Origin: Oscillospiraceae bacterium
Lineage (GTDB): Bacteria > Bacillota > Clostridia > Oscillospirales > CAG-272
Direction: 5' to 3'
NCBI GenBank assembly: GCA_015064345.1
Contig: SVSK01000002.1
Coordinates: 82 to 64,081, forward strand
Length of the DNA: 64,000 nt
The notes below the pieces were generated by a model that made no database searches, had not been told where the DNA came from, and saw only the letters and a program-made list of their open reading frames with translations. The stretch's first letter is position 1, and each line of letters starts with the position of its first letter. A program made the position numbers and the translations under genes. Below are positions 1 to 8,017 of the stretch, piece by piece.

Positions 1-515
1 TTCTCATTTCCCAGCACGCTGACTCCATGGGCGCTCCCACAGCTTGTGAGGAAAGAGGCGTTCCCAATGTTTCCTATAACGAAAGCACTCTCGCGTCCTG
101 CCCTGAGACATTCATCATTGCTTCCAAGATCGACTGGACTCCTTACTTCGTTCTCATCTGCGATGCAGTTATGAACGGTAAGACAATCCCCACCGACTAC
201 ACAGGTACTATCTCCACAGGCTCCGTTGCTCTCACAGAAATTAACACAGCTGCTGCAGCTGCAGGCACACAGGAAATGATCGATACTCTCAAGGCTCAGC
301 TCGTTGCAGGCACTCTCCACGTATTCGACACAGCTACATTCACAGTAGGCGGCGAAAACCTCACATCTTACCTCGCTGACGTTGATACTGATGATGCTTA
401 CACACCTGATACAGAAGTTATCGCTGACGGTTACTTCCACGAATCCGAATACCGTTCTGCTCCTTACTTCGATCTCAGAATCGACGGCATCACTCTCGTA
501 AACGAAAAATATTAA
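1..515 (+). CDS. BMP-family (PnrA/Med-like) ABC transporter substrate-binding protein, C-terminal part (5' end outside window)
   Basis: Frame is open from the window edge (no stop before track ATG at 27). ..ISQHADSMGAPTACEERGVPNVSYN.. and ..GYFHESEYRSAPYFDL.. resemble BMP/PnrA-type binding proteins. Followed by a matching ATPase and two permeases. Confidence 0.75.
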   Translation, partial: LISQHADSMGAPTACEERGVPNVSYNESTLASCPETFIIASKIDWTPYFVLICDAVMNGKTIPTDYTGTISTGSVALTEINTAAAAAGTQEMIDTLKAQLVAGTLHVFDTATFTVGGENLTSYLADVDTDDAYTPDTEVIADGYFHESEYRSAPYFDLRIDGITLVNEKY

Positions 516-532
516 TCTTTCGCTATAACTTC

Positions 533-561
533 GACAGGCGGGGCAACTTGCTCCGCTTGTC
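533..561 (+). terminator. Intra-operon hairpin after the binding-protein gene (possible partial terminator)
   Basis: GACAGGCGG (533-541) pairs with CCGCTTGTC (553-561), one G-U. Weak U tract, so at most partial termination. Confidence 0.3.
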
Positions 562-689
562 TCGGTTATATGGCATAACAAATTCCGAGCAATCAGCTTA
601 TCACAACATTCGCTATATATTATATATAATAATGTAATAAACTGTTTGCTGAGGATTTGTCTCACCTATCAAATTTCGGAGGAAAGTCA

Positions 690-2420
690 ATGAACAGACC
701 GGTTGCATTGGAGCTAAAAAAGGTCTCCAAGTATTTTGGTTCTCTGGCAGCAAATAAGGATGTTGACCTGACTGTTTATCGCGGTGAAATACTTGCTATT
801 CTCGGCGAAAACGGTTGCGGTAAAACAACTCTTATGAACATGATCGCCGGAATCTATTATCCCGATCACGGCACTATCTCTGTTGACGGAGAAGAAGTCG
901 TTATTCGCTCTCCCAAGGATGCTTTCGAGCACGGCATCGGCATGATACACCAGCACTTTAAGCTGGTAGATATATTCACTGCCGCTGAAAATGTTGTGCT
1001 CGGTTCTGACAACGGTAAGAAGTACAGCATCAAGGACGTAAATCAAGAGGTGCAGGAGATTGCAGACAAGTACGGATTCCACATCGATCCCAAAAAGAAG
1101 ATCTACGAGATGTCCGTTTCTGAAAAGCAGACTGTTGAGATTCTGAAGGTTCTTTACCGCGGCGCGGATATTCTCATTCTTGACGAGCCGTCCGCTGTTC
1201 TTACACCTCAGGAGACGGACAAGCTGTTTGACGTTCTCCGCCGTATGCGTGAGGATGGAAAATCCATACTAATCATCACCCACAAGCTCCACGAGGTGCT
1301 CTCCATCTCTGACCGCGTTGCCGTTCTTCGCAAGGGTGAGCATATTGCAACGGTTGAAACAGCGCAAACAAGCACGTCAGAGCTTACCGAAATGATGGTA
1401 GGCAAAAAGGTTGAGTTAAACATTGACAGACCTGAGCCGAAAAATGTTTGCGACAGACTTGAGATTAAAAACCTCAACATGACTAATATTGAGGGCGTAA
1501 AGGTTCTTGACAACATCTCATTCACTGCACGGTCCGGGGAGATCCTCGGTATTGCAGGCATTGCGGGCAGCGGACAGAGAGAACTGCTCGAGGCTATCGC
1601 GGGTCTGAAGAATCTCGATTCCGGTGAGGTGATCTTCAACCGCCCGAAAAAGAACTTACCGGTGTCTTTCTATCATAAATCTTTCGCCGAGGTTGTAGCG
1701 CTTGCCGAACAAGGCAAATTCCACTACGAAGACGGTACTCCCGTAGATTTCACCGGCATGTCTCATGCGAAAATCCGCGAGCTTGTAAACGGCGGAAAGA
1801 TTCTCTTTAACGAAGACGACGTAATGAATCTCCGCGATAAAACTCCCCTTCAGATACGCGAACTGGGTGTAAGACTCTCCTTTGTCCCCGAGGACCGTCT
1901 TGGAATGGGCCTTGTTGGAAACATGGATATCGTTGACAACATGATGCTAAGAAGCTATCGCAAGGGTCACTCCATGTTTGTTGACAGAAAGAAGCCGGGA
2001 GATCTTGCAAATAAGATCGTTGAAGAGCTTGAAGTTGCAACTCCCAGCACACACACTCCCGTCCGTCGTCTTTCCGGCGGTAACGTACAGAAAGTGCTTG
2101 TAGGCCGTGAGATCGCCGCTGCACCTGCGGTACTTATGGCTGCTTATCCCGTAAGAGGTCTTGATATTAACTCTTCTTACACGATATATGATCTGCTCAC
2201 CAGACAGAAAGAAAACGGAGTTTCAGTAATCTTCGTTGGTGAAGACCTTGACGTACTTGTTGAGCTTTGCGACCGAATTCTTGTAATATGCGGAGGCAAG
2301 ATCACAGGTATTCTCGACGGCAAAACCACAACAAAAGAAGAAATCGGTCTCTTAATGACCAAAACAGATATTACCCCTGCAGAAAACGAGGAAAAGGAGG
2401 GCGACGGCAGTGAAAACTAA
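690..2420 (+). CDS. ABC transporter ATP-binding protein with two fused nucleotide-binding domains (BMP/nucleoside-sugar type)
   Basis: Walker A GENGCGKTT and GIAGSGQRE; signatures MSVSEKQ and LSGGNVQK; Walker B ILILDEP. ATG 690 lies 7 nt after GGAGG and is preferred over track start 657. Confidence 0.9.
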   Translation: MNRPVALELKKVSKYFGSLAANKDVDLTVYRGEILAILGENGCGKTTLMNMIAGIYYPDHGTISVDGEEVVIRSPKDAFEHGIGMIHQHFKLVDIFTAAENVVLGSDNGKKYSIKDVNQEVQEIADKYGFHIDPKKKIYEMSVSEKQTVEILKVLYRGADILILDEPSAVLTPQETDKLFDVLRRMREDGKSILIITHKLHEVLSISDRVAVLRKGEHIATVETAQTSTSELTEMMVGKKVELNIDRPEPKNVCDRLEIKNLNMTNIEGVKVLDNISFTARSGEILGIAGIAGSGQRELLEAIAGLKNLDSGEVIFNRPKKNLPVSFYHKSFAEVVALAEQGKFHYEDGTPVDFTGMSHAKIRELVNGGKILFNEDDVMNLRDKTPLQIRELGVRLSFVPEDRLGMGLVGNMDIVDNMMLRSYRKGHSMFVDRKKPGDLANKIVEELEVATPSTHTPVRRLSGGNVQKVLVGREIAAAPAVLMAAYPVRGLDINSSYTIYDLLTRQKENGVSVIFVGEDLDVLVELCDRILVICGGKITGILDGKTTTKEEIGLLMTKTDITPAENEEKEGDGSEN

Positions 2421-3507
2421 CGAAAAACGCATTCGCGAGCCCTTATTCCACGTTGTAAAGAGAGCGCAGATACCTTTCTGGCAGGCTATGGCTATAAGAC
2501 TTGGAGCTATTGTTATAGCATTCCTTTTCTCAACTCTCCTTGCTTCCCTGCTTATCGGAAGAAATCCCATTGATTTTATCAGCACTTTCTTCGGCGGTGC
2601 AGTCGGTACTCCCCGTAAGGTTTGGAACCTGGCAAAAGATGGCGCAAAGCTTCTTTGCATCTCTCTTGCCGTTACTCCCGCATTCCGCATGAAGTTCTGG
2701 AACATCGGTGCTGAGGGTCAGACGCTCATAGGTGCTCTTGCCGCAATCGCTGTTGTATTCTACCTCGGCGGTAAGATTCCAAATGCACCTCTCCTCGTTC
2801 TCATGTTCTTCGCTGCTGTGATCGTTGGTGCGATCTGGGGCGGTATTCCCGCTATTTTTAAGGCTAAATGGCAGACAAACGAGACGCTGTTCACTCTTAT
2901 GATGAACTACGTTGCCATCGGACTTGTTGAATTCTTCCTCAAGGTATGGGTAACAAGCGGTTCCGGTGTGCTTGGCGAGTTGAAATTCGGTCATCTCCCC
3001 ATGGTTGGACACAAATATCTGCTTCTCATCATATGTGCAGTTGTAATTGCAGTTCTGCTCTACATATACCTCAATTACACCAAACACGGCTACGAGGTCT
3101 CAGTTGTAGGTGAAAGCGAAAACACCGCAAGATACGTTGGTATCAATGTCGGCAAGGTTGTTGTCCGTACAATGATACTCTCCGGCGCTCTCTGCGGTAT
3201 CGCAGGTTTCCTCATTGTAAGTGCCCTTGACCATTCTGTTACCCCCGAAACTGTCGGAGGTATGGGATTTACCGCAATCATGGTATCCTGGTTGGCTAAG
3301 TTCAACCCTCTCACCATGATCGTATCTTCCCTGTTTATTATTTTCCTCCAGAACGGTGCATCAGAAATTGCCGATATGTTCAGAATCGACTCATCCTTCC
3401 CCAATATGGTAGTCGGTATCGTGCTGTTCTTCATCATCGGTTGTGAATTCTTCATTAACTATAAGCTTAAATTCCGCGAATCCGCAAAGAAAGGAGATAA
3501 AGCATAA
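2410..3507 (+). CDS. ABC transporter permease (YufP/NupP-like)
   Basis: GTG lies 9 nt after AAGGAGG and overlaps the upstream stop. Multiple hydrophobic spans; position in a BMP-type operon. Confidence 0.8.
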   Translation: MKTNEKRIREPLFHVVKRAQIPFWQAMAIRLGAIVIAFLFSTLLASLLIGRNPIDFISTFFGGAVGTPRKVWNLAKDGAKLLCISLAVTPAFRMKFWNIGAEGQTLIGALAAIAVVFYLGGKIPNAPLLVLMFFAAVIVGAIWGGIPAIFKAKWQTNETLFTLMMNYVAIGLVEFFLKVWVTSGSGVLGELKFGHLPMVGHKYLLLIICAVVIAVLLYIYLNYTKHGYEVSVVGESENTARYVGINVGKVVVRTMILSGALCGIAGFLIVSALDHSVTPETVGGMGFTAIMVSWLAKFNPLTMIVSSLFIIFLQNGASEIADMFRIDSSFPNMVVGIVLFFIIGCEFFINYKLKFRESAKKGDKA

Positions 3508-4469
3508 TGACTACTTTGTTTACTTATCTCTTCTCTGCAATTCCCCTTGGAATCACCCTTCTTTACGGAAGTGTCGGCGAAATACTCACCGAAAAAGTAG
3601 GTCACCTCAACCTCGGTATCCCCGGTATCATGTGTGTCGGTGGTGCAGGCGGTGCACTTGCTCTCAAGTTAATGCGCGACAGCGGTCTTCCGCCTTTTAT
3701 GATAGTAATTATCGCTATCCTCGTTTCGTTCCTCTGCGGTGTGCTGATGGGCGCTATATACAGCCTGCTCACAGTTACACTTAAGGCGAATCAGAACGTA
3801 ACCGGCCTTGCGATGACCACATTCGGTGTTGGCGTTATGAAGTTCATCATGTCTAAGATCTCTACGATCACCGCCGCTCCCGGTTATCTTTACGCACTCG
3901 GTTACTTCCGTTTCCCCTTTGCAAAGTCACTCAGCGCGCTGAAATACTTTGGAGTTATGCTGTATCTCGGTCTGATAATTGCAATCGCTGCTACTTATAT
4001 TCTTAACAAAACAAGAGTGGGACTTCATCTTCGTGCTATCGGTGAAAATCCTGCCGCAGCAGACGCTGTAGGTATCAATGTTGACAGATACAAGTACATG
4101 GCTACCTGCATCGGAAGCGGTATTGCATCGCTGGGAGGGCTGTTCTACATCATGGACTACGGCGGATCTCCCGAGTCATACAAGACGATCGAATCTCTCG
4201 GCTGGCTTGCTGTTGCGCTGGTTATCTTCGCTATCTGGAAGCCCCTTATGGGTATCGTCGGTTCCGTGCTTTTCGGTCTTTTGTACCTGGCAGGCTCCTA
4301 TGTTCCCGGACTTTTCGGAATCAGCATCACCCTTGCACAGTCCGAGCTTCTCAAGCTTCTTCCTTATGTGGTTACTGTAATCGTTCTTATCGTATCCAGT
4401 ATCAGTAAAAAGCGGGAGAATCAGCCCCCGGCAGCTCTCGGTATTCCCTATTTCCGCGAAGAAAGATAA
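3507..4469 (+). CDS. ABC transporter permease (YufQ/NupQ-like)
   Basis: ATG overlaps the stop of the previous gene (ATAATG). Polytopic membrane protein; second permease of the BMP-type system. Confidence 0.8.
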   Translation: MTTLFTYLFSAIPLGITLLYGSVGEILTEKVGHLNLGIPGIMCVGGAGGALALKLMRDSGLPPFMIVIIAILVSFLCGVLMGAIYSLLTVTLKANQNVTGLAMTTFGVGVMKFIMSKISTITAAPGYLYALGYFRFPFAKSLSALKYFGVMLYLGLIIAIAATYILNKTRVGLHLRAIGENPAAADAVGINVDRYKYMATCIGSGIASLGGLFYIMDYGGSPESYKTIESLGWLAVALVIFAIWKPLMGIVGSVLFGLLYLAGSYVPGLFGISITLAQSELLKLLPYVVTVIVLIVSSISKKRENQPPAALGIPYFREER

Positions 4470-4488
4470 AAACAAGCATAAAAACAAA

Positions 4489-4522
4489 GACGGTTCTCAA
4501 ATGCGAGAGCCGCCTTTTTTGT
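4489..4522. terminator. Bidirectional rho-independent terminator between convergent genes
   Basis: CGGTTCTC (4491-4498) pairs with GAGAGCCG (4505-4512), followed by T6. The complement is also followed by a T-rich run. Confidence 0.6.
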
Positions 4523-4535
4523 TTGATATACTATT

Positions 4536-5891
4536 TTACTCAACTATCTCCAAAGCGTCATTGACTTTTAATATATAGCCCGAGAAATAAACATACAAAT
4601 CATATTTGCCGAGAGGGGTGTCCTCGGTTACAGTATAAGGAATTGCATCAACGCGAGTTTCACCTGTTTCAATCAGAGTTTCAAATGCATCTGCATCGGG
4701 AAGATCACGACCGTAAAAATAGTAGTCACTACGGAAAATATAACCTGAATCCTCGCTATGTACTAACTGTGACTCAAAGTATGCTCCCCAACAGTCAATA
4801 TACATAAACGGTTCACCAACATTGAGCGCCTTAAAACCTATCCAAAAAGAGTCGCCTGCCTTGTAAACTGTTTTATCTAACTCTACTGTAAATTCCAGCT
4901 CAATGTTGACATTTTCGTTGTATGCCTTACTCGGGTACATTTCTCTATAATAATCGCCCATTTCTTCATCGTCATAGTCAACGAAATCATACACCCTGTA
5001 TGAGCCAGAATAGTATTTCGGGGTATAAATTATTGAACCGTCCTCGGAAATTATATATTCTGCCGGAGTATCATCTACGGGAGCAGTTGTCTCGGGAGCA
5101 GTTGTCTCGGGTGGGGTTGTCTTTTGGGTATGTTCTTTTATAAACTCTAAAATATTGGGGTTTATAGAGTCGGTGACGTTCTTCTGTGAGATGTAGCTGA
5201 TAATATTTTCCCACACTTCATCATAAACAGGGTCATTTATGTCAAATGTCAGTGATTTGGACGTGTATTGCTCATATACATCATATATGTTATATAGTTT
5301 ACCATTAGTGTAGAATGCATTATCGTACTTCAGCAGCTGCATTGATTCAATCAAATCATCTGTCAAAAGTCCTTGATATATACGCTCAGGTACATCTTCA
5401 ACTTCGATGGCTTTATAATATTTTTCTATATCTTCTCTATCTGCTCCCGTGGCATGTACTATATAGTATATTAGGCTTGGACGTCCTCGACCTAATTCTA
5501 TTGCCAGACTATCATAATCATCCATGTATTTATAGTATTCTTCAGTAAACGTACCATCTTTACATACCACTATATCAACAAGAGGCGAATATCGAGGCAT
5601 AAGCATATCTCCAATGTTTCCACCACCTATGTTTTCCTCTTCGCCGGTGGTTTCTTCGGTTTCGGGAGGAAGAGTCTCATTGGGCAATGTCTCCGTAGGG
5701 AGTGTCTCATTGGGAATGGTCTCAGCGGGAATTGACTCGACAGGCGGAGTATCGGTTTCGGTTGACTCTATGAGAGATTCTTTTACATCTCCTGTGTCAG
5801 GCAATTCTCCGGGTTCTTCATGATTTTTTGCGCAAGAGGACAAGAGAACCAAACACAGCAAAAGTGATAAGATAATTATTCTTTTCGTCAT
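4536..5891 (-). CDS. Hypothetical lipoprotein with acidic P/E/T pentapeptide linkers
   Basis: Signal peptide with lipobox LLSSC (Cys20). ETIPN/ETLPT/ETLPN/ETLPP repeats (aa 53-79) and PETTAPETTAP. No catalytic motif recognised. Confidence 0.6.
   Translation of the reverse strand: MTKRIIILSLLLCLVLLSSCAKNHEEPGELPDTGDVKESLIESTETDTPPVESIPAETIPNETLPTETLPNETLPPETEETTGEEENIGGGNIGDMLMPRYSPLVDIVVCKDGTFTEEYYKYMDDYDSLAIELGRGRPSLIYYIVHATGADREDIEKYYKAIEVEDVPERIYQGLLTDDLIESMQLLKYDNAFYTNGKLYNIYDVYEQYTSKSLTFDINDPVYDEVWENIISYISQKNVTDSINPNILEFIKEHTQKTTPPETTAPETTAPVDDTPAEYIISEDGSIIYTPKYYSGSYRVYDFVDYDDEEMGDYYREMYPSKAYNENVNIELEFTVELDKTVYKAGDSFWIGFKALNVGEPFMYIDCWGAYFESQLVHSEDSGYIFRSDYYFYGRDLPDADAFETLIETGETRVDAIPYTVTEDTPLGKYDLYVYFSGYILKVNDALEIVE
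5079..5108. repeat. Exact 2 x 15-bp tandem repeat inside the lipoprotein gene (encodes PETTA PETTA on the minus strand)
   Basis: GGGAGCAGTTGTCTC occurs twice back to back (5079-5093, 5094-5108). Confidence 0.9.
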
Positions 5892-6067
5892 GATTTTTCC
5901 TCCTTATTGACATTCTTCACGGGTTGTATTGCTCCTTGCACTTCCATTATACCTATTTTTTCGTTCCTATGCATGAACAAAATGATAATTCAGCTCTCAA
6001 CATAGCTTTACTCTGTATATTTGACGCTCATTCGGCGTAAATAGTTCCACAAATCTCTGTTTTTAAC

Positions 6068-6106
6068 ATACAAAAATTCCATACATCCGAAAAAGCTGTA
6101 TGGAAT
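6068..6106 (-). terminator. Rho-independent terminator of the GH36 tandem operon
   Basis: ATTCCATACA (6076-6085) pairs with TGTATGGAAT (6097-6106). On the minus strand it is followed by a T run (complement of 6071-6075). Confidence 0.7.
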
Positions 6107-6115
6107 CTTGTTATT

Positions 6116-8005
6116 TTACATAATTTCGCTGAGATATACTCTCTTTGTCTCTCTCGCACCGATACCGATATAGCGTGTGGTATCGCCAAGGTTGATGTAT
6201 TCGCCTGACTCGTCGGTGCATATGGGGTAGATGGAATATGCGTGCACGTCTCCCACAGCGAGAGCTACAGTCTCTTCGCTGTCCTTGGTAATTCGGGTGT
6301 ACTTCTTTGTGAAGTATTCGTATGCAACGTACTCTGTGTCTGCCTTGATATCGGGAACAACGCTCCAGGAGAAGGTTTCGGTCACGTCTTCCTTGCAGAT
6401 ATTGAACAGTGCTACTGCAACAGAGTCGTTCTTACAGTTGTATGTCTTAATGATGCGACCTGTTTCTCTGCAGTTTTCGTAAATGCAATCGTAAGTGGGC
6501 ATTGCGTAGTGATCAAGTCGGTAAATGTCACCGTCTTTACCTGCTACGGGAAGGATGTTATCGCGGTTTGTATCACCTACGGCGTCGCTGATGTACACGG
6601 GTCCGCCGGAAATTGCGCGAAGCAGTCCGCTCTGCACAGGGTCAGACTTGCCCGACCACCACATATCATAGTCGCAATGCATGACCTGTGAGTGCCAGAT
6701 CGCGTTGTAGATGTTCTGCTGAAGATGCTTTGCAAATCCGTCCTCGCGGTGAGGATAGAAGTCGTCGCTGTTTCTTGATATTGCAGTAAACGGACGCAGA
6801 AGCACGTCTTCCATGTCCATACCCATGCAGTTGATGATATTTCCGTCAAAGTTCTTTGCAACGGAGCGTTCAAGAGTCTCGTGCGCAATACCTGTGCTGT
6901 GTACTGTTGAATCATTGCCGTTCCAAATTCCGCCTGTGCTCTGGTTATCAACCTTAACAAAGTCAACACCGCACTCACTCAGATAGCTGTGCCATGTGTC
7001 CCAGAACTTATACTGCTTTTCGGAATCGTTAATGGGAACTACTTTATTGTTTGTAAGGAACAGGCAGTCTGCCATTTCAAGGCCAAGCTTTGACTGTGCA
7101 TCTACGCCCCACCAATATGCGTGAAGCGTATGCCAAACGCCCACGTATTTTATGCCGTAGTCCTCTTTGATGCGGCGGATACACTCCTTCAGTCCCTCGG
7201 GGAACTTTTCTCTGTCTTCCTCAAATGCCTGAAGCTGATTTTCCACTACAGGGGACCAGCCGTCGTCAATGATCATCCATTTGATGGGAATATTCTTTTC
7301 CTTAAATTCGTCAAGCTTCTGATATATCTTCTCGGAAGTGGGCTGCTGGTAGAAAGCATTCCAGCTGCACCAGCCGAATCCTTCAAAAATCTCAGGATAT
7401 TCTCTCTCATCGATAAGCGGAACTCTGATTCCACCCATGTCTCTTGCAAATCGGTAGTTTTTCTCAACAGCCTTTATAGGATCGCTGTCCGCAGTTACCG
7501 AAAGAAAAGCTCCATGAAGTTCGGTGAATCCGTTCTTACCCGCCCAGAAATAAAGTCCGTTTTTGTCAATTTCACAGCGGAACAGGTCTCCGAGAAGGCA
7601 GGTGATGCTTATGTGGTCCTCGCCCTTCTTCGCCAGAATATTCTGAGTTACAAGCTCAATGCCGTTCTTGTGGGCACTCCAACCGCTCATCTTCCAAACG
7701 GGGCAAGTGTCATCATGAATATCCATCATTGCGTCTGCAAACGAGGTATCAACGTCAAGAGTTACCGCACGGTCTGCAAGAGGAGATTCAGACTCGATGT
7801 CAACGGAGTAAAGTGTGCTGTTCCCTACAGTCTTTGCTGTAACAGTCAGCTTTACTCCATCTGATTCGCCGTTCCAAACAGTAGAGCCTTCATCCTTGTT
7901 GGCTACAAGATTGGGCGTAACTGCTCTGCCGTCAGCCAAGTGCACTTTCATCTGCATTCCACTGAGGAAAGCGTCAACAATGTACGATGATGTGATGTTT
8001 TTCAT
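6116..8005 (-). CDS. Raffinose synthase/Sip1-family glycoside hydrolase (GH36-type alpha-galactosidase-like), paralogue B
   Basis: Blocks FGWCSWNAFY, IIDDGWSP, VDFVKVDNQ, NSDDFYP, HCDYDMWWS, LRAISGGPVYISD. No signal peptide. 12-nt spacer with AGGAGG to the upstream paralogue. Confidence 0.85.
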   Translation of the reverse strand: MKNITSSYIVDAFLSGMQMKVHLADGRAVTPNLVANKDEGSTVWNGESDGVKLTVTAKTVGNSTLYSVDIESESPLADRAVTLDVDTSFADAMMDIHDDTCPVWKMSGWSAHKNGIELVTQNILAKKGEDHISITCLLGDLFRCEIDKNGLYFWAGKNGFTELHGAFLSVTADSDPIKAVEKNYRFARDMGGIRVPLIDEREYPEIFEGFGWCSWNAFYQQPTSEKIYQKLDEFKEKNIPIKWMIIDDGWSPVVENQLQAFEEDREKFPEGLKECIRRIKEDYGIKYVGVWHTLHAYWWGVDAQSKLGLEMADCLFLTNNKVVPINDSEKQYKFWDTWHSYLSECGVDFVKVDNQSTGGIWNGNDSTVHSTGIAHETLERSVAKNFDGNIINCMGMDMEDVLLRPFTAISRNSDDFYPHREDGFAKHLQQNIYNAIWHSQVMHCDYDMWWSGKSDPVQSGLLRAISGGPVYISDAVGDTNRDNILPVAGKDGDIYRLDHYAMPTYDCIYENCRETGRIIKTYNCKNDSVAVALFNICKEDVTETFSWSVVPDIKADTEYVAYEYFTKKYTRITKDSEETVALAVGDVHAYSIYPICTDESGEYINLGDTTRYIGIGARETKRVYLSEIM

Positions 8006-8017
8006 TTTTGCCTCCTG

